Of a DNA stretch of 64,000 nt, positions 25,492 through 36,599 are shown piece after piece. A program made the translations under genes and the position numbers. The stretch spans positions 62,001 to 126,000 of the forward strand of contig MU008163.1 of NCBI GenBank assembly GCA_010909165.1. The letters are read 5' to 3'. Position 1 is the first letter of the stretch. Each line of letters starts with the position of its first letter. Origin of the DNA: Anthoceros angustus. Taxonomy: Eukaryota > Plantae > Anthocerotophyta. The notes under the pieces were generated by a model, which was not told the DNA's origin, ran no database searches, and was given only the letters and a program-made list of their open reading frames with translations.

Positions 25492-26225
25492 TACATCTTT
25501 TACATCATACCTTTTCGTTCCCATGGTCCTTCCAAATAAAGAAGTTGTTGTTGATGTGGAACGCCTGTTTTAGATACGGGAGGTAATGGGAGCGATGCCC
25601 CATTCTCCACTGACCAACCACTAGTGTTAACGTTGGTATTACTAAGGTCATTTTATAACACTTTAAATCTCTAAATCTCTACTATCCTAATTCGAGATTT
25701 TGGGAATCTGGAATGAAGAATGTAGAGCTCTATCTACAGGAATGCTTGAGGTATCAAATGGCTAAGGCCAAATGGACACACATTTATAAGAACGTCGTTA
25801 TGAAGTATCCTGCGCTTAGATCCTTGCGCTTAGATTAATACTTAGATGGGGTGCTTAAAGGGAGTGGATACCCTTGCACTTAGATCGATACTTAGATGGG
25901 GTGCCTAGAGGGAGTGGATGCCCTTGGTGCAAGGTGCAAGTAGCTTTGGCACACCATGGTACAAGTTGTGAAGTACCAAGTCCCATGACAGGAAAATTCC
26001 GTCCAGGTGGACTTAGAACATATTCTCTTCACTAGCTTGACACAGTTGACATCTGCGCTGGGTGATCGGGGGTCCTTGACAAGCTTTGTTCCGAGATGCT
26101 TGTTGCCAGTGACAAGAGACGGCAGGCGTGATCCGCCTCGCACTCAAATTCAGCGCTATGCGGCCCACCGGCTACGAATTCGGCGCTCGTCTTGGCAATT
26201 GGTTGAGCTCATTCGCAGCTTGGCC

Positions 26226-29180
26226 ATGGCTTCGGCAGCGCGACGGTTATGCTCCATGCTACGCCTTTCACCTGCTGCCTGCTCATCCTCTGCCTCTGCT
26301 GCCGTCCGGATCCGGCTGTGTTCACCAGGATGTCGCACCTGCAGCTGCCTCCCCCTTGCTCCGCCGCCCTATGGCTACATCCGAACACGTAGGTTGCCCT
26401 CACTTTTGCTAATCCCCTTGTGGACCCACCAAATTGGTGTGTGTACAGGGATTCTACCAGGAGCTCCCGCTCACCTTACTGTAGGGAGTGAACCCCTGGC
26501 AAAGAACGGTTCGAGGTGGAGCAGTGCAAGGAGCCCCGCACTTCCGCTTTCGAGAAAATGTGTGGGTGGAGACGGGTTTTCCAGCGATTGGCGTCGCCAG
26601 GAGCAGGAGTACTTGTGGCGACAATTTTTTGTGGACCCGACCATGTGGTGGGACAACAGACGAGATAAGCAGAGCTCCCGTTCGCCTGACTTCCGGCGTA
26701 AGAGGTCTGGTGAGGTGCTGTGGTTAAACAACGTGTTTAAGCCAGCTTGGGTTGACGAGCAGCTCGTTTCCTTGGATATGCAGATGGGTCATGGCGCCTC
26801 TCCTTCCGAGTCGAGCTCTCCGGTTAAGCCTGAAGCTGGCAGGCGTGCAGGATCGGAAATGGGCGTCGTTACGTCTGTAACCGTGAGCATGTTGTGTCAG
26901 CAGGGGAAGCTTTCTGAGGCCGTTGGAGCCCTGGAATCTCTGGCGCAGACAGACTTTGCTATTTCTCAGTCTCTGTTTTGCTCTGTGCTTAAACTGTGTA
27001 CAGCGAAGAAGGATTTGGTTGTGGGGCGACGAGTTCATGATCTCATTGTCAAACTTAGGTATGAGTCGAGTGCATACTTGGGGAACCATATCTTGCGCAT
27101 GTATGCATGTCAAGGCAAGCTAGAGGAGGCTATGGATGTGTTCACCAGGGTAGGCCAACCAGATGTTTTCACCTGGTCTTCCATCATCTCTGCACATGCC
27201 AAACATGGGAAACCCAATGAGGCAGTACAACTGTACAATGAGATGCGTAGGTCGGGATTGAAGGCGGATGCTCATATCTTTGTAGCTGCCCTTCAAGCTT
27301 GTGCGTTTGCCGCTGACTTGGAATCTGGCAGAACAGTGCACTGTGATGTGGTGCTGAGTGGCATTCCTCCTGACTTGTTTGTTGGCACCAGCCTGGTGGA
27401 CATGTATGCAAAATGTGGTCAACCGAAACAAGCACGACAGGTTTTTGACAGCATGGCCACAAAGAATGTGGTGACCTGGAATGCCCTAATAGCTGGGTAT
27501 GCAAAATGTGGTGAACTGAAAGATGCACGCCAGGCTTTTGACAGCATGGACAAAAAGGATGTGGTGACATGGAATGCCCTGATTGCTGGGTATGCACAAC
27601 AAGGACACGGCCAAGAGGCCCTTGTTCTGTATGGACAAATGCAGCGAGAAGGCCTGATTTTGGCTAATCATGTTACTTTTAGTTGCCTTCTGAATGCCTG
27701 TGCAATCACTGGGGCCTTACTGAAGGGCAGGCAGCTGCACTCGCAGATTGTGGAAAGAGGACTGCTGGATAATGTAGTGTTGGGCAACTGTCTGGTGGAC
27801 ATGTATGCAAAATGTGGTGAACTGGATGATGCACGCGAGGTTTTTGACAGCATGAGCACAAGGAATGTGGTGACATCGACGGTGCTGATTGCTGGGTATG
27901 TAAAATGTGGTGAACTGAAAGCTGCACGCCAGGTTTTTGACAGCATAACGACAAAGAATGTGGTAACATGGACTGCCCTGATAGCTGGGTATGCCCAGCA
28001 AGGACTTGGACATGAGGCGCTTGTTCTGTATGGACAAATGGAGCAGGAGGGCCTCATTTTGGCTGACCATGTTACTTTTGCTTGCCTTCTGAATGCCTGT
28101 GCAAGCAGCGGTGCCTTACAGAAGGGTAGGCAGCTGCACTCACAGATCGTGGGGAGAGGACTGCTGAATGACGTAATGCTTGGCAATTGCCTGGTGGACA
28201 TGTACGCAAAATGTGGTGAACTGGAAGATGCACGCCGGGTTTTTGACAGCATGAACACAAAGAGTGTGGTGACATGGAATGCCATGATATCTGGGTATGG
28301 TACTTGTGATGATGGTCAGACAGCACTAGCTTGTTTTCAGGAGATGTTAGTCGCTGGCATTCAGCCTGATAGGACTACTTTTACTTGCCTTCTAGCAGCA
28401 TGCAGTCATGAGGGACTGGTTCACGAGGGTCGCAACCACTTTGATTCCATGGCTGAACAGCATGGTATCACACCTACTCTTGAGCATTACAATTGCATGA
28501 TTGATCTTCTTGGGCGTGCCGGCCATTTAGATGAGGCTGAGAAGATTCTATTGTCATGTGAGGGCCAAAGTAATGTTGTGGGCTTGAGGTCTTTGTTGAG
28601 TGCCTGCAAAAGTCACGGGGATATAGAGAGGGCAATGTGGTGTTTTGAAAGCATTGTTAGGCTGGACCCCCAGGATGCGCCTGCATATGTGCTCATGGCC
28701 AATGCCTACGCAGATGCAGGTAGGTGGAGGGATGTAGACAAGATTGAATCGCAGAGAAGGGTAGCAGGAGCTAACAAGAAACCTGCAGTGGCGACCATTG
28801 AGGTGAATAAGGAGGTACATAGATTTCTGGTGGGAGAAAGGAGAGAGAATATTGCGCTTAAGTTGGAGAGCACAAATGCGCGGCTGAAGCAGGAGGGGGG
28901 ACACGTACCACAGACAAAGTTGGTGTTGAAGCCACTGTCTGAGAAGGAAAAGGAAGATCTGCTTTGTGGTCATGCTGAGAAGCTAGCTCTGGCGTTTGGC
29001 CTTTTGAACACTCCGAGTGGGACACCTCTGGTGGTAACGAAGAATCTACGCATGTGCAGTGACTGCCACAGTTCTACGGAAATCATGTCAAGGCTTGAAC
29101 ACAGATACATTGTTGTAAGGGATGGGTACCGTGTGCATCGATTCGCAAATGGCTGTTGCAGTTGTAAGGGTCGACCGTGA
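26226..29180 (+). CDS. Intact intronless PLS-class PPR protein with E1/E2 and DYW:KP (GRP-type) domain, N-terminal transit peptide and OSB-type PDF motif; probable organellar U-to-C RNA editing factor
   Basis: Likely start MASAARRLCSMLRLS at 26226 (Ser/Arg/Ala-rich, mitochondrial-like presequence). About 17 PLS motifs. KKPA replaces the PG box; LVLKPLSE, HAEKLA, LRMCSDCH and terminal CSCKGRP are present. PDF motif at 26613-26765. Confidence 0.93.
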   Translation: MASAARRLCSMLRLSPAACSSSASAAVRIRLCSPGCRTCSCLPLAPPPYGYIRTRRLPSLLLIPLWTHQIGVCTGILPGAPAHLTVGSEPLAKNGSRWSSARSPALPLSRKCVGGDGFSSDWRRQEQEYLWRQFFVDPTMWWDNRRDKQSSRSPDFRRKRSGEVLWLNNVFKPAWVDEQLVSLDMQMGHGASPSESSSPVKPEAGRRAGSEMGVVTSVTVSMLCQQGKLSEAVGALESLAQTDFAISQSLFCSVLKLCTAKKDLVVGRRVHDLIVKLRYESSAYLGNHILRMYACQGKLEEAMDVFTRVGQPDVFTWSSIISAHAKHGKPNEAVQLYNEMRRSGLKADAHIFVAALQACAFAADLESGRTVHCDVVLSGIPPDLFVGTSLVDMYAKCGQPKQARQVFDSMATKNVVTWNALIAGYAKCGELKDARQAFDSMDKKDVVTWNALIAGYAQQGHGQEALVLYGQMQREGLILANHVTFSCLLNACAITGALLKGRQLHSQIVERGLLDNVVLGNCLVDMYAKCGELDDAREVFDSMSTRNVVTSTVLIAGYVKCGELKAARQVFDSITTKNVVTWTALIAGYAQQGLGHEALVLYGQMEQEGLILADHVTFACLLNACASSGALQKGRQLHSQIVGRGLLNDVMLGNCLVDMYAKCGELEDARRVFDSMNTKSVVTWNAMISGYGTCDDGQTALACFQEMLVAGIQPDRTTFTCLLAACSHEGLVHEGRNHFDSMAEQHGITPTLEHYNCMIDLLGRAGHLDEAEKILLSCEGQSNVVGLRSLLSACKSHGDIERAMWCFESIVRLDPQDAPAYVLMANAYADAGRWRDVDKIESQRRVAGANKKPAVATIEVNKEVHRFLVGERRENIALKLESTNARLKQEGGHVPQTKLVLKPLSEKEKEDLLCGHAEKLALAFGLLNTPSGTPLVVTKNLRMCSDCHSSTEIMSRLEHRYIVVRDGYRVHRFANGCCSCKGRP

Positions 29181-29570
29181 GGATAACAAAGTGAGAACTA
29201 CTCAGTGCTTAAGTGTTCACGCCAGAGAGTATTCCTTGTTCTGTTGTTGTGGGTTGAATGTAACCCCATCCCTGTCCAACTTGGGACTTGGTCATGGATG
29301 GCCGTAACACTGATCCAGCTCTCATTGAAGAGCTTATGTTTGGGAAGTCTGCAGACAGGACACAGTTGTCGACACAGCTTTCTTTGTCTGTGACTGCACC
29401 TCTTGGTGGCACTTCCTTCTTCATCAGCTAACCTTAGCTGCCCGAAGTCATCAATGTCCATGCGTGGAAGAAGTAGGTGCCAATGCCCGTTTGGTGTGGT
29501 TATACACAGTACCTGGGCATTCTGCCATGGTGTTTTGCTAGACTCATCTTCCGTCAGTGGTCCCTGAACG

Positions 29571-31313
29571 ATGGCCACAGTATGGCAACCGGGCTTGTCG
29601 TGGACCCAACAAATTGGTGTGTGCACAGGGATTCTATCAGGAGTTCCCGCTCACCTCATCTTAGGGAGTGAAAGCCTGGCAAACCAAGCCTCCAGGTGCA
29701 GCAGTGCGAGGAGCCCAGCACTTCCACTTCCGAGAAAGTGTGTGGGTGGGGACGGGTTTTCTAGCAATGGTCGTTGCCAGAAGCAGGAGCCTACAATGTG
29801 GCCGTTGGAGCCCTGGAGTCTGTGGCGCAGACAGACTCTGTTGTTTGTCAGTCTCTGTTTTGCACTGTGCTAAAAATGTGTACAGCTAAGAAGGATTTGG
29901 TTGTGGGGCGACGAGTTCATGATCTCAGTATCAAACTTGGGAATGTGTTCACCATGTGCAAACCGAATGTCCTTATGTGGTTTTCCATAATCTCTGCTCA
30001 TGTTAAGCACGGGAAACCTGAGGAGGCCATACAACTCTCCTGTGAGATGAGTACGTCAGGAGTGAAGGCGGATGCTCACGCTTTGTAGCTGCCAACTTAG
30101 ATTCTGGCAGAAAAGTGCACCGTGATGTGGTGGTGCAGAGTGACATTTCTACTTGCTTGTTATTGTCAGCTCCCTGGTGGACATGTATGCAAAATGTGGT
30201 GAACTGAAAGATGCACGCCAGGTTTTTGACAGCATGACCACAAAAAATGTGGTGACATGGACTGCCCTGATAGCTGGGGATGCCCAGCTAGGGCTCTGAC
30301 ACGAGGCTCTTGTTCTGTATGGACAAATGGAGCAGGAAGGCCTCATTTTGGCTGACCATGTTACTTTTTCTTGCCTTCTGAAAGCCTGTGCAAGCTCTGG
30401 CGCTTGACAGAAGGGCAGTCAGCTGCACTTACAGATTGTCGAAAGAGGACTGCTGGATGACGTTCTTGTGGGCACCTGCCTTGTGGACATGTATACAAAA
30501 TGTCGTGAACTAGAAGATGCACGCCATGTTTTTGACAGCATGAACACAAAGAATGTGGTGACATGGAATGCCCTAATCCCTGGGTATGCACGGCAAGGGC
30601 TCAGACTTGATGCTCTTGTCGTGCATGCACAAATGGAGCAGCAGGGGCTGATTTCAGCTTACCATGTAACTTTTACTTGCCTTCTGAAGGCCTATGCAAG
30701 CAATGGTGCCCTACAGAAGGGCAGGCAGCTGCTCTTGTAGATTGTTGAAAGAGGACTCCTGGATCACATAGTGTTGGGCACCTGCTTGGTGGACATGTAT
30801 GCGAAATGTGGTGAACTGGAAGATGAACGCCAGGCTTTTGACAGCATGAACACAAAGGGTGTGGTGACATGGACCGCCTTGACATCTGGCTATGGTACTT
30901 GTGATGAAGGTCAGAAGGCACTAGCTTGTTTTGAGGAGTTGTTAGTTGAGGGTATTCAGCCTGATGATGCTACTTTTCCTTGCCTTTTAGTAGCATGCAG
31001 CCATGCGGGACTGGTTCATGAGGGTCGCAACCACTTTGATTCCATGGCTGAACAGCATGGCATCACACCTACTCTTGAGCATTACAATTGCCTGGTCGAT
31101 CTTCTTGGGCGTGCTGGCCATGCTGAGAAACTTGCTCTGGCGTTTGGTCTTCTAAATTCTCCGAGAGGGACACCTCTGGTGGTAACGAAGAATCTGCGCA
31201 TGTGCAGTGACTGCCACAGTTCCACGACATTGTCAAGGCTTGAAAAGAGAGACATTGTTGTAAGGGATGGGTACCAGGTGCATCGTTTCGCAGCTGGTTG
31301 TTGCAGTCGTTAA
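29571..31313 (+). pseudogene. PLS-class PPR paralog C with internal deletions (PDF motif lost; S2/E region fused directly to HAEKLA)
   Basis: Homologous N-terminus, in-frame stops and frameshifts. Junction LLGRAGH|AEKLALAFG near 31120 removes E1, E2 and the first half of DYW. Ends GCCSR*. Confidence 0.9.
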
Positions 31314-31789
31314 GGGAGAATAATGGAGGACTACCTGCGCCGAATTCAAGTGTGTATTGCAAAGAATATTCCATTTTCACTTTTTGGGGTGAATGTGCTT
31401 GGGTTACTCCATCCCTGTCCAAACGGAAACATCAGAATATACATAGATCGCTAATACTGGTCCACCTCTTCATGGTAACTCAGACCATCAGAATCGAGCT
31501 CCTCGCTTTTTGAGCGTTGAGCGCGTTCCTATGATCAATTCGTGTTGTGCCGCGTTTCTATGAATCATTCGAGGATGGACCGCTTTCCCCAAGCACATAA
31601 TAACAGAGGCCGCTGAATTGGTTCGCACAACCCTAATCTAGTTGACTTGTGAGCTCAAACCAAGCAAAATCCTTGGACATCATGGGGTTAACCCTCGTGG
31701 ACGAAGGGGCTCAAAATGAGCCTTTGAATTGCAGGAAACGGGGGTGTCATTTTTTTACCTCTTATGCATCCTCACATCCTGCATAATAT

Positions 31790-34700
31790 GATAATTTAAA
31801 AATATTATAAAAATACAGCGGAAATGGACTTCGATTACAACGACTAGTCCTAACCCACCTTAAACCATTACTTCTAAGTTAGTTTCTTGGGTTTGGTTGT
31901 TCGTCGCAAGGTTACTTAGCGGAAACCCATGGTAGCTGAGCAAACAGCAAACAAGAGAACATGTATGCTAGTTTTGCATACAGCACCCTGTCGGGCAGTG
32001 TCTATATGAAGACAACGCGGTATCTGCATTGGAGACTAGAGTATTTAATATTGAGGTGGAGAATATTTCCTTAAGGAAAAAATATGAGTCTCTTTTGGCT
32101 AAGCACCAATCTTTGGCATGGGACTCGGAGAACGAGGGGGGTGAGGAGGGCCAGGAGGACGAGGGGGATGAGTTCAATTCCGTAATGGATGATCTTATAG
32201 ATAAGAGATTTAATAGTCAGGATGTTATCATTAGAAAATTGCAACAGGATCTTGAATCGGCAAGCTCATGGGCTAAAGATTTTGAGGCGTCTTTCTAGTC
32301 AAGTTTGATTCATTGCTTTTGCAAGTCAATGCCTTGCAAATTCCTGTTCCTTGTGTGGGTTGCTTGTCGAAGGCAGATCTGGCACCTAGTTTGGAAGGCT
32401 ACAAGAACGTCATTCTCGAGTTTATTCATGCACAGAGGGAAGAAATGCACAATTATATGGCCAAAAAGTTGCAGGGTTTGGATGATTAGGTTGAAAGATG
32501 AAATGAAGTTTTTTCATGAACCATAGAGGAGAAAGCCATAAATTTGGAAAATCATTTCACTTCAACGAAACAAGTTTTATCTACATATTTCGAGAAGCTT
32601 ACTGGTAAAAACCTCCTGGGGATTACTGATCCCCCTGCTCCTTCTTGTCTTGGTGGCAGCACTGTATCGGAAGTTGTTTCCGAGACGACGGACCATGCTC
32701 GCCGTGCTTTGAACTTGAGAATTTCTGGTGTTGGTAATGACATTGTTGCACCACTTGTGGCTGCAAAGGAGTTTCTCAATAGGCTAGAGGTCGATGTGGT
32801 CGTTCCTCGAGCCTTCTGACTTGGAAAGGATTCTGGTAGGGAGCGCATATTGATTATGACTTTTCACTCTATGGATGGTCGCCTCCAGGTTATGAAGGCT
32901 AGGTCTATGTTACGGACAACTCAGTTATATATCAATGAGGATCTTGCACCATTGCAATGGAAGACTAAGAAGGAGAAGTTACCCGCTTTCAGAGCAGCTC
33001 GTGCTGCAGGTCAAGTGGCTTTCTTTCGTGAGGATGAATTGGTGGTGTTTGGCCCTCGTTCATGCAATTTCATTGACACTGTTGATTGATTGAAGATTAT
33101 TTTTCTTGTTTGAATTCTACCTATCTATTCATCCAGACCATTTTACCGCAATCTATGTAGTTATCATATTTCAGTCCCATGACGGAAATCCGTCCTTAAT
33201 AGACTTAAATAAAATTCTTCTTCTTCTTCTTCATGTGGACCTAAGGATACAACTTCATATAGATAGAGACTTTTCAATTGTGAACTGTTTTCTTATTTCA
33301 TTCTATTTTGGACAGTCTAAATATCCATGACATATATTACGCTTGAGATCATGGTGTAGCCCATTACCCTAAATTTATGAGATCATGGTGTAGCTCACTA
33401 TCCTAAGACCGTCAAAATGCCACATCTATTGCATGAGAAACATGAATCGACAAAACAACAATTTATGCATGTAAACACATTCAAAAACTTGTAGCCATTG
33501 TATTGCACAAACAACTTTATCATTCTTCCTACTGTTGATACGATCGGAAAGAATAGAGTGACAAGTACAAAATAATATTTGATTTATTTTTTTAATAAAA
33601 TACATCATTAAACATAAACAAGAAACAACAGAAACATTTCTTCTTAAAAACATGTTTATGAGAGGTTAACGGAAGAGTGAATTACAATCAAATATCCGAT
33701 AATATTCAAGATGATTTCACCTCGGATATTATCGATTAATATCGATATTACTAATCGATTAATATCTCCGGTGAGCCCCCGCAACAGAGGTTATAGCAAC
33801 GCCCGGCGAAACCGGACAAGCTGGCGGCCACGTCTATCTCGCCGGAGGGACAACTACGAGGAGTAGCAAGATAATTTAAAAATATTATAAAATACAGCGG
33901 AAATGGACTTCTGATTACGACTAGTCCTAACCCACCTTAAACCATTACTTCTAAGTTAGTTTTGGTTTGGTTGCGTCGCGAAGGTTACTTAGCTGAAACC
34001 CATGGTAGCCGAAAGCAAACAAGAAGAGAACATGTATAGTTTTGCATACAAAGACTGCTTCAAAAGGTCTATATGAAGACAACGCGCATCTCGCATTGGA
34101 GACTAGAGTATTTAATATTGAGGTGGAGAATATTTCCTTAAGGAAAAATATGAGTCTCTTTGGCTACACCAATTTGGCATGGGACCTGAGAACGAGGGGG
34201 TGAGGAGGGCTGAGGACGAGGGGATGAGTTCAATTCGTAATGGATGATCTTATAGATAAGAGATTTAATAGTCGTGATGTTATCATTAGAAAATTGCAAC
34301 ATGATCTTGAATCGGCAAGCTCATGGCCAAAGATTTTGAGGCGCCTTTCCGTGTCAAGTTTGATTCATTGCTTTTGCAAGTCAATGCCTTGCAAATTGCC
34401 TTGTGTGGGTTGCTTGTCAAGGCGATCCGCACCTAGTTTGGAAGGCTACAAGAACGCCATTCTCGAGTTTATTCATGCACGTAGGGAAGAAATGCACAAT
34501 TATATGGCCAAAAGTTGCAGGTTTGGATGATTAGGTTGAAAGATGAAATGAAGTTTTTCATGAACCATAGAGGAGAAAGCCATAAATTTGAAAATCATTT
34601 CACTTCAACGAAACAAGTTTATCTACATATTTGAGAAGCTTACCGGTAAAACCTCCGGGATCCGATCCTCGCCCTTCTTGTCTTGGTGACCGATCGGAAG

Positions 34701-35890
34701 TTGTTTAGACGAGACCATGCTCGCCGTGCTTTGAACTTGAGAATTTCGGTGTTGTAATGACATTGTTGCACCACTTGTCTGCAAAGGAGTTTCTCAATAG
34801 GCTAGAGGTCGGCGGTCGCTCCTCGAGCCTTGACTTGGAAGGATTACGGTAGGGAGCGCATATTGATTATGACTTTTCACTCTATGGATGGTCGCCTCTG
34901 TGAAGGCTAGGTCTATGTTACGACAACTTCTTATATATCAATGAGGATCTTGCACCATTGCAATGGAAGACTAAGAAGGAGAAGTTACCCGCTTTTCAGA
35001 GTCTGTACGCAGTCAAGTGGCTTTCTGTGTGAGGATGAATTGGTGGTGTTTGGCCCTCGCTCATGCAATTTCATCGATAATCTGATTGATTGAAGATTAT
35101 TTTTCTTGTTTGAATTCTACCTATCTATTCATCCGCACCATTTTACCGCAATCTATGTAGAGTTATCATATTTCATCCATGACGGAAACCGCCCCTTAAT
35201 AGACTTAAATAAAATTCTTCTTCTTCTTCTTCATGTGGACCTAAGGATACAACTTCATATAGATAGAGACTTTTCAATTGTGAACTGTTTTCTTATTTCA
35301 TTCTATTTTGGACAGTCTAAATATCCATGACATATTTACGTACTTGAGATCATGGTGTAGCCCATTACCCTAAATTTATGAGATCATGGTGTAGCTCACT
35401 ATCCTAAGACCGCTGTCAAAATGCCACATCTATTGCATGAGAAACATGAACTGACAAAACAACAATTTATGCATGTAAAAACACATTCAAAAACTTGTAG
35501 CCATTGTATTGCACAAACAACTTTATCATTCTTCCTACTGTTGATACGATCGGAAAGAATAGAGTGACAAGTACAAAATAATATTTGATTTATTTTTTTA
35601 ATAAAATACATCATTAAACATAAACAAGAAACAACAGAAACATTTCTTCTTAAAAACATGTTTATGAGAGGTTAACGGAAGAGTGAATTACAATCAAATA
35701 TCCGATAATATTCAAGATGATTTCACCTCGGATATTATCGATTAATATCGATATTACTAATCGATTAATATCCGATAATATCCGAGGTGAGCCCCTGCAA
35801 CTTGAAGGTTATAGCAACGCCGACTGAGCAGGAAACCCAGACAACAGGAAAAGCACAAGCAGCCACGTCTATCTGCTCAGAGGGACAACT
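31790..35890. repeat. ~2.08-kb tandem duplication (31790-33869 / 33870-~35890)
   Basis: GATAATTTAAAAATATTATAAAA recurs at ~31790 and 33870. The end of copy 1 and the start of copy 2 are deletion-rich. Confidence 0.9.
31928..33089 (+). pseudogene. LINE ORF1p-like protein (coiled coil plus RRM/CTD-like region) with stops and frameshifts; no ORF2 follows
   Basis: RRALNLRISGV...FLNRLEV...AF*LGK..GRERILIMTF.S...RLQVMKARSMLRTTQLYINEDL...AR..G..AFFRED.L.V matches the L1/L2/CR1-type ORF1 C-terminal pattern. Several stops are TAG/TGA at plausible former CAG/CGA codons. Confidence 0.65.
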
Positions 35891-36400
35891 ACGAGCTGGA
35901 GTAGCAAGAGACAACACGTGGTCGCACTCAGCTCAACAGAAGCTGAGTATTGCTCACATACTCATGCGTACAAAGACGGGCTTTGGCAGCTCTTAGAGCT
36001 AGCGGAACTTGGAGAAGCTCAGAAGATACCGAGACCATTATATTGTGATAACCAGAGTGCCATAGCACTCACCTATAACCCGAAGTTTCACGCGAGGACA
36101 AAGCATTTCGAAGTTCAGTTCCTTTTTATTAGACAAGTAGTAAGTGACAGCAAGTTTATAGTTCTATATCTGCCGACGGAGGAAATGACCGTGGATGTGC
36201 TCACCAAGGCACTCACCTCCGCCAAACACTATCAACATATAGCTAGAATGGGACTTAGAAGCCTGGCGCAAGTTATGTACAATAACTCAACAAAAACCAT
36301 GAAACCTAAGGTATAGGTGTTAAGTGGGAGTGTTAGAATAATAACATCCTAGCCCTTAGGGCACGTTTCACAGAACTTAGGCTAGATGCCGAAAGGCACT
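35790..36400 (+). mobile_element. Ty1/Copia RNase H, polypurine tract and start of the 3' LTR
   Basis: GYSNAD*AG...RKSTS...SWSSKRQHVVALSSTEAEY...LYCDNQSAIALTYNPKFHARTKHFEV...EMTVDVLTKAL; then AAGTGGGAG (36322-36330) followed by TGTTAGA at 36331. Confidence 0.9.
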
Positions 36401-36599
36401 TACGAACGGTTACGCACACAGTGTTTCACCTCTGTACATAACGTTCTATGCCCAATGCAAACACATTCTGCAAAATTCACATGTGCAGGGCTCTTAAAAA
36501 AAGTGGCTTGCAAATATGCTCAGTGTTTTTGCACCAGAAAATATTCACCGCTCAATTTTCTCTCGAGGCGATGTAGGCCATTCCACCAAGGCTTTTGGG

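Noticed and set aside
26007-26225. N-terminal extension of the 1057-aa PPR ORF from a GTG start
   Set aside because: No recognisable motif; the ATG at 26226 begins a typical transit peptide and is the more plausible start.
27120-28973. Minus-strand ORFs overlapping the PPR gene (and similar antisense ORFs over paralogs A and C)
   Set aside because: Shadow frames of the repetitive PPR coding sequence.
32290-32820. Idea that TAG/TGA stops in the ORF1-like gene are repaired by U-to-C editing
   Set aside because: Reverse editing is organellar and this is nuclear TE-like DNA with frameshifts too; methyl-C deamination explains the stops.
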